Shown here: piece by piece, positions 53,604-63,515 of the stretch | How the letters are laid out: every line of letters starts with the position of its first letter | Position numbering within the stretch: the stretch's first letter is position 1 | Virus record (IMG/VR): IMGVR_UViG_3300023180_000017 | DNA: 64,000 nt | From: a virus | Strand: one strand, 5' to 3' | The notes under the pieces: model-generated | Told to the model about the DNA's origin: nothing | Databases searched by the model: none | The model's input: the letters and a program-made list of their open reading frames with translations, nothing else | Position numbers and translations under genes: made by a program

Positions 53604-56105
53604 ATGAATTTTTATACGTTTGCCAAGCACTATGGCAACAAGATACTAGTTCGAGGTGTTCGAGATGGTAAACGTTTTACTTCTCGACACGACTTTAAGC
53701 CCACCCTTTATGTAAAAACAGATAAGCACTCTAAATACAAGAGCATGTTCGGTGAAACACTTGCTCCTGTAAAGTTCGAGACAAACAAAGAAGCATCAGA
53801 GTTTGTAGATAGATACAAGGAAGTTTCTAACTTTCCTATCTTCGGACAAACACAATGGGGTTACCAATATATCACAGAAAAATATCCCGGCGAGATTGCC
53901 TGGGATCCTAAACACATCGACATCTATTCTATTGATATAGAAACAACAGCAGAGAATGGGTTCCCAGATGTAAACAATCCTATTGAGAAAGTTCTTCTCA
54001 TAACCTTACAAAACAACAACACAAAAAAGATAACAACATTTGGACTAGGTAACTTTACTCCGGGCGAGGCTACTAAGGACTACAACATAGACTATCGCCC
54101 CTGTTCTGACGAACGAATTCTATTACAAAACTTCTTAGATTGGTGGAATGCTAATACACCTGACGTTATAACAGGTTGGAATACAGAACTGTTTGACTTG
54201 CCTTATCTTATTGCTAGGGTAGAACGTATCTTAGGTGACGAGGATAAAAAACGTTTCAGTCCCTTTGGCTTAGTTGCTAGAAAAAATCTAACGATAGGTG
54301 GTAGGGAGCAAGTTAAGTATGAGATGACAGGCGTTGCTCAGTTAGATTACCTAGACTTGTATAAGAAGTTTACATACATTACCCGAGAATCCTACAAACT
54401 AGATTACATTGCAGATGTAGAACTAGGACAAAAGAAACTTGAAAGTGGGTTTGATACTTTCAGAGAGTTTTATGAGAATGACTGGAACAGGTTTGTAGAG
54501 TATAACATCATTGATACTGTCCTTGTAGATAAACTTGAGGACAAGATGAAGTTAATTGAACTTTGTCTAACAATGGCATACGACGGCAAGTGCAATTATG
54601 CAGATGTATTTTCATCTGTTAGGACTTGGGACTGTTTGTTGTACAATCATTTGATCGATCAAGATGTTGTGATACACTTGAAGCCCGATCGTCCCTCAAG
54701 AAATATTGCAGGTGCTTATGTACAAGAGCCTGTACCCGGTGAATATGAATGGGTTGCTTCTTTCGATGCGACTTCACTGTATCCCTCAATCATTATGCAG
54801 TATAACATGTCTCCAGAAACACTGGTTCCTGGTTATACATTTGATGTGCAAATTAAAGACTTACTTACAAAAGGTTATGACTTATCCCAACTTCGGGATA
54901 AGAACTACGCAATGGCAGCTAATGGTTATTGTTTTACTCGGGAAAAGCAAGGATATTTCCCAGAGATTGTACAAAAGTTTTTTGATGATCGTCAGAAATA
55001 TAAGAAGTTGATGTTGGAATCCAAGCGTAAGTATGAGGAAACAAAAGCAGACGTATACAAAAACGAGATTGCTAAGTACAACAATTTTCAGATGGCTCGT
55101 AAGATTCAACTTAACTCTCTTTATGGTGCGATGGCTAATGAATACTTTAGATACTATGATGATAGGATTGCAGAAGGTATTACATTGTCCGGACAATATA
55201 TTATTCAGGACACAGCACAAGCACTAAACCTTTTTCTCAACAGGGTTTGTGGGACTAATAATGAGGTAGTATATAGCTTTTACTCCGACACAGACTCATG
55301 CTACATTACTCTCAAGAACCTTGTTGAGACTTTTTACAAAGACAAGCCTAAGGATAAGATTGTTGACATCCTAGATCAAATAGGTACAGAGCAGATTGAG
55401 CCCTGTATTGATAAGGCAATGAGTAAACTTGCTAAATACACAAACGCCTTTGAACAAAAAATATTCTTTAAACGTGAGGCAATCGCAGATAAGGCCATTT
55501 GGATAGCAAAGAAACGTTATGCTATGAACGTGTGGGATAATGAAGGTGTTCGTTATTCTACTCCAGACTTAAAAGTTATGGGTTTGGAAATTGTTCGTTC
55601 TTCTACACCTGCTCCTGTTCGAGATAGTTTACGAGAAGCCGTTAGACTCTGCTTAACCTCAGATCAGGACACACTACATAAGTTTATTGAAAGCACAAAG
55701 TCTAAGTTTAAAAGTATGAGCCCTGAGGAAATAGCTTTTCCACGTGGGTGTAATAACATGGCAAAGTATAGAAGTTCCTCACACATCTATAACAAAGGAA
55801 CTCCTATGCACGTTAGGGGTAGTTTGCTCTACAACTTTTATCTAGAAAAAAATAATCTTTCTCATAAGTATGAACAAATTCAGGAAGGCGATAAGATTAA
55901 ATTTTTATATTTGTATGAGCCTAACCTTATAAAAGAAAATACGGTTGCATTTGTTACAAAGCTCCCCGAGGAGTTTGACTTGCACAAGTACGTTGACTAT
56001 GATACAATGTTCCAAAAGGCATTTTTAGAACCTATGGATACTATTGTTAAAAGCATGGGTTGGACAACTGAACCTGTTGCTACATTGGAGGATTTATTTT
56101 CATGA
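53604..56105 (+). CDS. gp43: Family B DNA polymerase gp43
   Basis: DIET (ExoI); FDATSLYPSI; KIQLNSLYG; YSDTDS; KKRY; C-terminal clamp-binding TLEDLF. Confidence 0.97.
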   Translation: MNFYTFAKHYGNKILVRGVRDGKRFTSRHDFKPTLYVKTDKHSKYKSMFGETLAPVKFETNKEASEFVDRYKEVSNFPIFGQTQWGYQYITEKYPGEIAWDPKHIDIYSIDIETTAENGFPDVNNPIEKVLLITLQNNNTKKITTFGLGNFTPGEATKDYNIDYRPCSDERILLQNFLDWWNANTPDVITGWNTELFDLPYLIARVERILGDEDKKRFSPFGLVARKNLTIGGREQVKYEMTGVAQLDYLDLYKKFTYITRESYKLDYIADVELGQKKLESGFDTFREFYENDWNRFVEYNIIDTVLVDKLEDKMKLIELCLTMAYDGKCNYADVFSSVRTWDCLLYNHLIDQDVVIHLKPDRPSRNIAGAYVQEPVPGEYEWVASFDATSLYPSIIMQYNMSPETLVPGYTFDVQIKDLLTKGYDLSQLRDKNYAMAANGYCFTREKQGYFPEIVQKFFDDRQKYKKLMLESKRKYEETKADVYKNEIAKYNNFQMARKIQLNSLYGAMANEYFRYYDDRIAEGITLSGQYIIQDTAQALNLFLNRVCGTNNEVVYSFYSDTDSCYITLKNLVETFYKDKPKDKIVDILDQIGTEQIEPCIDKAMSKLAKYTNAFEQKIFFKREAIADKAIWIAKKRYAMNVWDNEGVRYSTPDLKVMGLEIVRSSTPAPVRDSLREAVRLCLTSDQDTLHKFIESTKSKFKSMSPEEIAFPRGCNNMAKYRSSSHIYNKGTPMHVRGSLLYNFYLEKNNLSHKYEQIQEGDKIKFLYLYEPNLIKENTVAFVTKLPEEFDLHKYVDYDTMFQKAFLEPMDTIVKSMGWTTEPVATLEDLFS

Positions 56106-56872
56106 TAAAAACATTAATTGTGGGTTATGGCTTTGTTGGAAAAGCAACAGAGTACATGTTAGAGTTTACAGATGCTCAGGTATCTAAACATGATCCTTTG
56201 TTGGGTTATGAGGAAGGTAAAGAAAAGAAATACGATTTTGTTTTTCTTTGTGTACCTACTCCAGATAATGGTAAGCATTTAGACACTACTCTTTTAGAAA
56301 AAGTGTATGAGGAATGGAAAGGTAAAGGACAAATTATTATTAGAAGTACAATAGGTCCCGATCAAGTTAGTTTATTCCCAGATGCGGATTTTATGCCAGA
56401 GTTTCTCAGGGAGAAACATTGGAGAGAAGATGTAGTTAGCAAAGAACTTCCCATAGTTACTTCTAATAAAGTTTTGGGTGAATACCTACAAGACTTTTTT
56501 ATGTTGAAGGACATACATATTGTTAGTGGTAAAGAAGCTATGATGTTTAAGTTGGCTAGGAACACAGCCCTAGCTATGCGAGTAGCATTAGCAAATGACT
56601 TTTATGACATTTGTGAAGAACAAGGTATGGACTATGAGAGTATAGAAAAGATGTTATCCCGAGATGTATCAATTGGAGGATCACATTGGAAATGCCCAGG
56701 GCCCGACGGTGGTTTAGGTTTTGGGGGAAAATGTTTACCAAAAGACTTGACACATATGGCTAACCTATGTAATAATACAACATATCACAATCATATGTTA
56801 GAGGCTTTAAAACAAAATACAATTAGACGTGTCAGGCAATTAGATAAACTCTTGTCTGGTATGGAATGGTAA
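56102..56872 (+). CDS. UDP-glucose/GDP-mannose dehydrogenase-like protein (short form)
   Basis: GYGFVG; CVPTP; RSTIGP; PEFLRE; KLARN; GFGGKCLPKD; no C-terminal UDP-binding domain. Confidence 0.85.
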   Translation: MIKTLIVGYGFVGKATEYMLEFTDAQVSKHDPLLGYEEGKEKKYDFVFLCVPTPDNGKHLDTTLLEKVYEEWKGKGQIIIRSTIGPDQVSLFPDADFMPEFLREKHWREDVVSKELPIVTSNKVLGEYLQDFFMLKDIHIVSGKEAMMFKLARNTALAMRVALANDFYDICEEQGMDYESIEKMLSRDVSIGGSHWKCPGPDGGLGFGGKCLPKDLTHMANLCNNTTYHNHMLEALKQNTIRRVRQLDKLLSGMEW

Positions 56873-56881
56873 GGAGATATT

Positions 56882-57955
56882 ATGAGTTTACTTGATAAAT
56901 TAAAAAAGAACAGCACGATTAAAGAATCAGAAATATTATCTAATTCTAAATTTTTTAATACAAAGGATTTAATACAAACGTCTGTTCCAGCACTTAACGT
57001 TGCGTTGAGTGGAAAACTAAATGGAGGACTTACACCTGGCTTGACAGTTTTTGCAGGTCCTTCTAAACACTTTAAGACAGCATTTAGTTTGTTGTTGGCT
57101 AAATCCTATCTAGATAAGTATGAGGATGCCATTGTTCTGTTTTACGATTCAGAGTTTGGTTCACCTCAGTCATACTTTCACACCTTTGGTATTGATACTG
57201 ATCGTGTTGTTCATACACCTATTACAGATATTGAACAGCTTAAACACGATATCATGTCTCAGTTAAATGGATTAGAACGAGGTGATCATGTTATCATTCT
57301 TGTTGACTCCGTAGGAAACTTAGCTAGTAAAAAAGAAGTAGAAGATGCCTTAGATGGTAAGAGTGTAGCTGATATGACAAGGGCTAAACAAATGAAGTCG
57401 TTGTTTAGAATGATTACACCTCACCTAACACTAAAGGATATTCCTGCAGTGGTTGTTAATCACACATACAAAGAGATTGGATTGTTTCCTAAAGACATTG
57501 TTTCTGGTGGAACAGGCATTTATTATTCTGCAGACAATATCTACATCATTGGTAGACAGCAGGAAAAACAAGGTGCTGATCTAGTAGGCTATAATTTTAT
57601 TATTAATGTTGAAAAGTCTCGCTTTGTTAGAGAGAAGTCTAAAATTCCAATTGAAGTAACTTTTGAAGGTGGTATTAGCAAATGGTCCGGACTTTTGGAT
57701 ATGGCAATGTCTTCTGGACATGTTATTAAACCTAGTAATGGTTGGTATCAAAGAGTAGACATGGAAACAGGTGAAGCAATTGATCCTAAAGTTCGTGCCA
57801 AGGATACATACACTAAAGAGTTTTGGTTGCCTGTATTAAAAGACGAAACATTTGTAAAATGGATTGAGAATAGATATCTTATATCCTCAAGCGACGGCAT
57901 TATTAAAGATGAAGTTTCTGAAGAAGACATTGAAAAAGCCTACGAAGAAGCCTGA
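56882..57955 (+). CDS. uvsX: RecA-like recombinase UvsX
   Basis: AGPSKHFKT; YDSEFG; DSVGNLASKKE; DMTRAK; EKSRFVREKSKIP. Confidence 0.96.
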   Translation: MSLLDKLKKNSTIKESEILSNSKFFNTKDLIQTSVPALNVALSGKLNGGLTPGLTVFAGPSKHFKTAFSLLLAKSYLDKYEDAIVLFYDSEFGSPQSYFHTFGIDTDRVVHTPITDIEQLKHDIMSQLNGLERGDHVIILVDSVGNLASKKEVEDALDGKSVADMTRAKQMKSLFRMITPHLTLKDIPAVVVNHTYKEIGLFPKDIVSGGTGIYYSADNIYIIGRQQEKQGADLVGYNFIINVEKSRFVREKSKIPIEVTFEGGISKWSGLLDMAMSSGHVIKPSNGWYQRVDMETGEAIDPKVRAKDTYTKEFWLPVLKDETFVKWIENRYLISSSDGIIKDEVSEEDIEKAYEEA

Positions 57956-58097
57956 GGGATCTTGTGATAGATGTCAAATAACTATCTGGGAAGGCGATAG
58001 GGCTCTTTGCTTTCATGGAGAAGGCGGAGAGCTTTATATATGTGAGAATTGTGTAGAAGAAGTAAGACGAGAATATGTGGACGAAAACATACTTTGA
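57909..58097 (+). CDS. Small zinc-ribbon protein
   Basis: CDRC...CENC; start at MKFLKK (the track gives 57864). Confidence 0.55.
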   Translation: MKFLKKTLKKPTKKPEGSCDRCQITIWEGDRALCFHGEGGELYICENCVEEVRREYVDENIL

Positions 58098-58947
58098 AGT
58101 TTGGCCTGTATTAGACTGTAATCTTAAATGTGCTCGCTGTAGCATGGCAAGTCCCTACTTTAAAAAGAATACGTTTTTAAATTTTAAGGACTATAAAAAA
58201 GATATTGATGTACTAAAACAATGGTTCCACATTGATCTTATACGAATAGGTGGAGGAGAGCCAACACTACATCCTAGAATTGTAGACTTTTTAAAGTACC
58301 CTAAGGAGCAGGGCTTTTGTTATAAGACTAATATAATTAGTAACGGCATAAACCTTGTAAAGATGACAGATGAGTTCTGGGAAGCACTTGATATTTTAAA
58401 CATTAGTGTTTATAAAAATGTAAACATTAACTATGATAAAATTTACAGGCTAATAGAAAATAAACTAGCTCAGTATCCTCATTTGATGTGCCATGAAATT
58501 ACCAATCCTAATGTTGTAGACAATCTCAAGGCTGTTCAAAAAGACATACATAGTAAAAATTCAACTGTGAATATTCTATCTGGAAACTTTAAAGAGCTGT
58601 ATAGAAACACTCCTCAAAGAAATGATATGCTAACTGAAATAGCATTCAGAAGATGTTGGATGAAGGATAGTACCTGGGGATTTCACCAAGGAAATTTTTA
58701 TAGATGTCCGTTATCTTTTGTAAAAGAAAAACTTTACATACAGGAAGGCTTAGACAATCCATATGACTATGGCTTAGATAGAGTTAACCTACACGAAAAA
58801 GACAGCAAAGAAAAATTAGAAAAGTTTTTATATGGTCCTATAAGTCATTTACAAGCATGTAAAACATGCTATGCCTTTAATGACGGTGAGGATTATCCTC
58901 ATGAACAATTAAATAGAATAGACGTGAGAGATATATTACATGTATAA
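58075..58947 (+). CDS. Radical SAM protein with C-terminal auxiliary cysteines
   Basis: CNLKCARC; GGGEPTLHP; ISNG; RCW..FYRCP..ACKTC. Confidence 0.88.
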   Translation: MWTKTYFEVWPVLDCNLKCARCSMASPYFKKNTFLNFKDYKKDIDVLKQWFHIDLIRIGGGEPTLHPRIVDFLKYPKEQGFCYKTNIISNGINLVKMTDEFWEALDILNISVYKNVNINYDKIYRLIENKLAQYPHLMCHEITNPNVVDNLKAVQKDIHSKNSTVNILSGNFKELYRNTPQRNDMLTEIAFRRCWMKDSTWGFHQGNFYRCPLSFVKEKLYIQEGLDNPYDYGLDRVNLHEKDSKEKLEKFLYGPISHLQACKTCYAFNDGEDYPHEQLNRIDVRDILHV

Positions 58948-59578
58948 AATTGTAATGACAGGTGGTAATAAGGGTTTCGGTGTTAAACTTTTTGAGCAAC
59001 TAAAACAAGCAGGACACGAAGTAGAAAGATATAGCAGGTCAAACGGTTATGATATTTCAAAACCAGAGGATCGTCTTTTTATTACCGATGCTACAAATTC
59101 ATGTGATGTTTTTATAAACTTGGCATACAATCATTCTTCCTTAGATAACTCACAGGAACTAATGATTAAAGAAGTTTATGAGAGGCATTATCCTACACAT
59201 AATTTATCCAATGCAGTTCCTCAGCGTGATAATGTTAAACCTTTATTGATAACTATAGGAAGCCATGTTGTTTGGTGGGAGGAGTATGGTGAAGAAGCAA
59301 AAATGTATCGCCCACCTGATGCAGACTTCTATAGTGAAATTTTAAATTTTGATGTCATGGCAGAATATATAAAATCCAAAAAATCTCATTATGAGTACGT
59401 TAAGGATAAAAGGATTTCAAACGTAAGGCTTGGTGCTATTCATTCTGGTGTATCAGCTACAAATCCGGTCACCAAGGATATAGCAATGCCATACGATTCA
59501 ATGTATAATGTAATTAATTTCATAATGGAAATGTATTTTGATAAAACGATTTTCGTATATGATATTGAGGTAAACTAA
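58940..59578 (+). CDS. Short-chain dehydrogenase/reductase-like protein
   Basis: TGGNKGFG; DVFINLA; ITIGS; YIKSK. Confidence 0.75.
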   Translation: MYKIVMTGGNKGFGVKLFEQLKQAGHEVERYSRSNGYDISKPEDRLFITDATNSCDVFINLAYNHSSLDNSQELMIKEVYERHYPTHNLSNAVPQRDNVKPLLITIGSHVVWWEEYGEEAKMYRPPDADFYSEILNFDVMAEYIKSKKSHYEYVKDKRISNVRLGAIHSGVSATNPVTKDIAMPYDSMYNVINFIMEMYFDKTIFVYDIEVN

Positions 59579-60019
59579 TTGAATAAAATTTTAATCATGG
59601 GACTTCCTGGTAGTGGCAAAACTACATTAGCAAAAGAACTAGCATATCATTTTCTTGTTCCATATTACAATGCAGATACACTAAGAGAGAAGCACGATGA
59701 TTGGGATTTTACGGAAGAGGGGAGACTAAGGCAGGCTTATCGTATGTCTTTTTACGACTTTGGTATATTTGATTTTGTTTGTCCACTCAAAAAAATGAGA
59801 GATATTGTAGATGCAGACTATATAATATGGATGGACACAATTAAAGCAGGAAGATTTGCAGACACTAATAAGATTTTTGAGTCTCCACAAAAATACAATT
59901 TAAGGATTAAAACATGGATTGGACAAAACCAACTACTCAACTCCTTGGAAGGTTTCAGCCCTGGCACAAAGGGCATACAGAGCTATTTAAAAGAGCAATT
60001 TCCAAGACTGGTCAAGTAG
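59579..60019 (+). CDS. APS-kinase-like P-loop kinase
   Basis: GLPGSGKTT; NAD..R...DDWDF..EGR.RQA.RM; DFVCP; GRF.DTNKIFE.P. Confidence 0.75.
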   Translation: MNKILIMGLPGSGKTTLAKELAYHFLVPYYNADTLREKHDDWDFTEEGRLRQAYRMSFYDFGIFDFVCPLKKMRDIVDADYIIWMDTIKAGRFADTNKIFESPQKYNLRIKTWIGQNQLLNSLEGFSPGTKGIQSYLKEQFPRLVK

Positions 60020-60294
60020 TAATTTTACTTAGGGCTTCTGATGGAACAGAAGGTAATCCCTATGACTTTAACGAACGCTCAGTACAGATTACAACAGCTT
60101 TGGCAAAAGAAGGCTTTTATTCTTCAGAACATTATGTTATAATGAATGTTCCTAACATAACACATATTACCTATGGTAGGGACGTTGGTTATAAAATTGA
60201 ACAGGAAAAATTAGAAGACAAGATAGAGGAAATCTCTGCTACTAATATCCGTAAAGGACTGCAACAAATTGCAGACACCCACCCTATGGAGTAA
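59914..60294 (+). CDS. HxGH nucleotidyltransferase (cytidylyltransferase/NMNAT-like)
   Basis: LGRFQPWHKGH; NPY; YGRDVGY; ISATNIR. Confidence 0.82.
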   Translation: MDWTKPTTQLLGRFQPWHKGHTELFKRAISKTGQVVILLRASDGTEGNPYDFNERSVQITTALAKEGFYSSEHYVIMNVPNITHITYGRDVGYKIEQEKLEDKIEEISATNIRKGLQQIADTHPME

Positions 60295-60300
60295 AATTAA

Positions 60301-61674
60301 TTGAAGACAAGAATTGAAGATGCAATTTTAAATAACCTGCTAACGAATGATAATTACTTTCGAAAAGTAATTCCTTTCTTAAAGGCAGAGTATTTTTCGG
60401 GTGAACATAAAATAATTCTAAGAAAAATTGTAGAGTATTCTGAGAAGTACAACGACCCACCCACAAAACAAGCATTAAGAATTTCTGTAGATGAAGATAG
60501 AAGTATATCTGAATCTGACTTGCCCGCTGTACAAGAATGGGTAGATGAAATTGCCCAGATAGAGACAGACGAGGCGTGGCTTCTCGATGAAACTGAAAGG
60601 TATTGTAAAGACAAAGCAATCTATAATGCTATTATGGAAAGCATTCAAGTTATAGATGGTAAGGATAAACAAAGAGGTCCTGATGCTCTTCCAGGAATGT
60701 TATCAGAAGCATTACAGGTTGGTTTTGATAACAACGTAGGACATGATTATATCGAAAATGCTGATCAACGTTTTGAATTTTATCATAGACTAGAAGAAAA
60801 GCTACCCTTTGACTTGGAAATGTTTAACAAGATAACAGAGGGAGGCCTTGCTAACAAAACATTAAATATTGCATTGGCAGGCACGGGTGTAGGTAAGTCT
60901 TTGTTTATGTGTCATATGGCGGCTGCTTGTATATCTCAAGGTAAAAATGTTTTATACATTACTCTTGAGATGGCAGAGGAAAGGATTGCAGAACGTATAG
61001 ATGCAAACTTGTTTAATTTGCCTATACATGATTTGAAAGACTTAAGCAAGTCTATGTTTGACGATAGGATATCTAAAATAAATAGCAAAATACAGGGTAG
61101 GCTAATTATTAAAGAATATCCAACAGCATCGGCACATGCAGGACACTTTAAAGCGTTATTGAATGAACTTAAACTTAAAAGAAACTTTTCTCCGGACATT
61201 ATTTTTATTGACTATCTTAATATCTGTTCTTCTAGTAGGTTCAGAGCAGGATCGTCTGCTAACTCATATACTATTATTAAGTCTATAGCAGAAGAGCTAA
61301 GAGGACTTGCTGTAGAATATGATGTTCCTATTGTTAGCGCTACACAAACTACAAGGGGCGGTTACAACAGCAGTGATGTAGAACTAACAGATACTTCTGA
61401 GTCCTTTGGCTTGCCTGCTACAGCAGATTTAATGTTTGCTCTTATAAGTACAGAGGAGATAGAAAAGTTAGGACAGATGATGGTTAAACAATTAAAGAAT
61501 AGATATTCTGATCCTACTAGAAACAAAAGATTTATGATAGGCGTTGATAGGGCAAGAATGAAATTGTTTGATTTAGAAAATCCTACAGCAGATCTTCAGG
61601 ACACAGGTAAAGATGATGGCCCTGTATTTGATAATTCTAAATTTGGTAGCAGGTTTGAGGGCATTAAGTTTTGA
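60301..61674 (+). CDS. gp41: Replicative helicase gp41
   Basis: LAGTGVGKS; TLEMAEE; IKEYPT; IDYLNI; SATQTTR; SESFGLPATAD; QLKNRY. Confidence 0.96.
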   Translation: MKTRIEDAILNNLLTNDNYFRKVIPFLKAEYFSGEHKIILRKIVEYSEKYNDPPTKQALRISVDEDRSISESDLPAVQEWVDEIAQIETDEAWLLDETERYCKDKAIYNAIMESIQVIDGKDKQRGPDALPGMLSEALQVGFDNNVGHDYIENADQRFEFYHRLEEKLPFDLEMFNKITEGGLANKTLNIALAGTGVGKSLFMCHMAAACISQGKNVLYITLEMAEERIAERIDANLFNLPIHDLKDLSKSMFDDRISKINSKIQGRLIIKEYPTASAHAGHFKALLNELKLKRNFSPDIIFIDYLNICSSSRFRAGSSANSYTIIKSIAEELRGLAVEYDVPIVSATQTTRGGYNSSDVELTDTSESFGLPATADLMFALISTEEIEKLGQMMVKQLKNRYSDPTRNKRFMIGVDRARMKLFDLENPTADLQDTGKDDGPVFDNSKFGSRFEGIKF

Positions 61675-62417
61675 TTTTAAATTTTTACGGAATAGAATGG
61701 GAAACAGTTGATCCCTGGACTACAAAACATGCTGTAGCAATCAGAGACAATCTTCAGTATATGAAGGAATACTTTTTCCTTGACAAGGATCGAGAGTTTT
61801 ATTTAGAAAAAATTCGATCCTTATGTGAAGAACTTTTAATCCCAGAAACAGCACACTTTAATTTCTCAAATCCTACATTGATGTTTCAGTATTTGGAAAC
61901 ATGGATAGGAGAATCCACAACAGCACAGAGACAATCTTATCTAGATTTAAGAGACTATTTAATATTGTATGAGAAGGCAGACTTTGAGCAACCTCTGCAT
62001 TGGGGGTTTAAAGGTGGTTCAAAAAGATTTAGATTGCGAGACGAGGATTACTTTAAATTTACTTTACAAAGAAACTTTGGAGATATGTTTTTATCCTATC
62101 CTCACCTTGAAGGAAGATCATTTGAACAAATAGTGGCAACAGGTAATTTTAATATAGACCAATCTCTTCTTGTTCCTCAATATTGGACAAGCACAGACTT
62201 TGAAGTACATTTAGACGATCCTATTACGGAAGAGGACGCGGAACATTTAAAGGAACACTATAAGGCTTTCTATCAAAAGATGCCAGACAAATTGCCTTAT
62301 AATTTTCACGACCCTAGGATGGCGTTAGGTGAAATAAAAATTGCTACACTAAAAACAGAAATAGACAAAGAAGAGCTGTTAAAAGTATTTAAAAACATAA
62401 GGGAAAAAAAGTTATAA
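61671..62417 (+). CDS. Hypothetical protein
   Basis: 248-aa ORF coupled to the gp41 stop (TTGA). Confidence 0.65.
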   Translation: MILNFYGIEWETVDPWTTKHAVAIRDNLQYMKEYFFLDKDREFYLEKIRSLCEELLIPETAHFNFSNPTLMFQYLETWIGESTTAQRQSYLDLRDYLILYEKADFEQPLHWGFKGGSKRFRLRDEDYFKFTLQRNFGDMFLSYPHLEGRSFEQIVATGNFNIDQSLLVPQYWTSTDFEVHLDDPITEEDAEHLKEHYKAFYQKMPDKLPYNFHDPRMALGEIKIATLKTEIDKEELLKVFKNIREKKL

Positions 62418-62420
62418 ATA
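62413..62420 (+). promoter_or_regulatory. T4-type late promoter
   Basis: TATAAATA upstream of 62452. Confidence 0.75.
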
Positions 62421-62451
62421 GTTCTTGATTACTTTAGTAAGGAGAACTATT

Positions 62452-62778
62452 ATGGCAGAAGAAGAAGTAAAGGCTAAAGAGTTCCACCCTGCAGACACCA
62501 ATGGTGACGGTAAAGTAGATGATGAAGAAAAAGCAATGTACATGGAATTTAAGAGAAAAGAACTTGAAGACCAGGATGCAATGCGAGACAGTCAACGTAG
62601 TATGGCTTGGTTTGCACTTTGGGGTATGTTACTCTATCCTTTTGCTGTGGTCGTTGCTAGTTTAGCAGGACTAGAACAAGCTCAAGCTACATTAGGAGAT
62701 ATGGCACCAACATATTTTGTAGCAGTAGCAGGTATTGTTGCAGCATTTTTTGGAGCTCAAGCATTTAAAGGTAAATAA
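62452..62778 (+). CDS. Two-TM membrane protein with an EF-hand-like loop (holin candidate)
   Basis: SD AAGGAG; DTNGDGKVDDEE; hydrophobic segments MAWFALWGMLLYPFAVVVA and YFVAVAGIVAAFFG. Confidence 0.7.
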   Translation: MAEEEVKAKEFHPADTNGDGKVDDEEKAMYMEFKRKELEDQDAMRDSQRSMAWFALWGMLLYPFAVVVASLAGLEQAQATLGDMAPTYFVAVAGIVAAFFGAQAFKGK

Positions 62779-62781
62779 GAA

Positions 62782-63513
62782 TTGATAGATTACATTACGG
62801 CAACGCACAATGCCTTTGAACTACATGATGAGTATAGTACACAGACTCCGGTACCACATGTAAGACTAAAAAACTTTCTGCCAGAAAATCTAGCACGCAG
62901 AATGTTTGAGGAGTCGAACACAATACCTGATCATCACTGGTCTACCTTTGAGAGAAATGGTAGTCGGATGCAGGAGTGTATAAAAACAGAACACATGCCA
63001 GTCGCTAGAGAATTTATTGAAGGATTACATGGCGCTTTGGGCATGGAATGGTTGTGCAAATTAGTAGGAAGAGATGATTTAATTTCTGATCCTTATCTAG
63101 TAGGAGCAGGATATTCTAAATCTTGGAATGGCGACAGTTTAAAAGTTCATACAGATTTTAACTGGAACGACAGATTAAAATTACACAGAGCACTTTCCTT
63201 AATCGTATACTTAACACCCGACTGGGACCCTGAATGGAAGGGTGCCCTAGAGTTCTGGGATCATAAAAAAGAAAATATGATAAAGGACTTTCCGTGCGAA
63301 TTTAACAGTGTAGTAATATGGGATTACCATAAGAGAGGATTTCATGGTTATCCTAAACCACTAAAATGTCCTGAAGATGTACACCGGACAACTTTTAGAT
63401 TATTTTTCTATTATAGTGATGCAGACTATAAAGATGGGGATAGGCCTCATAGAAGTTTGTATTGGTATGATAAAGAAACAGATGAGCCCTTTGATTTACC
63501 AACAAGGAAATAA
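62782..63513 (+). CDS. 2OG-Fe(II) oxygenase
   Basis: LKVHTDFN; LIVYLTPDW...W.GALEFW; FHGYP..L..PE...R. Confidence 0.88.
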   Translation: MIDYITATHNAFELHDEYSTQTPVPHVRLKNFLPENLARRMFEESNTIPDHHWSTFERNGSRMQECIKTEHMPVAREFIEGLHGALGMEWLCKLVGRDDLISDPYLVGAGYSKSWNGDSLKVHTDFNWNDRLKLHRALSLIVYLTPDWDPEWKGALEFWDHKKENMIKDFPCEFNSVVIWDYHKRGFHGYPKPLKCPEDVHRTTFRLFFYYSDADYKDGDRPHRSLYWYDKETDEPFDLPTRK

Positions 63514-63515
63514 TA

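Noticed and set aside
56747-56776. Sigma70 promoter for uvsX inside the dehydrogenase gene
   Set aside because: TTGACA is present but the -10 match is poor (TAATAA); too weak to list
59579-60019. Sulfate assimilation gene cysC
   Set aside because: Only a short APS-kinase-like fold with no other sulfur genes nearby; substrate unknown
17218-61674. Introns, inteins or homing endonucleases in gp17, gp43, uvsX, gp41 or uvsW
   Set aside because: All are uninterrupted and of normal length; no intein, HNH, GIY-YIG or LAGLIDADG motifs seen
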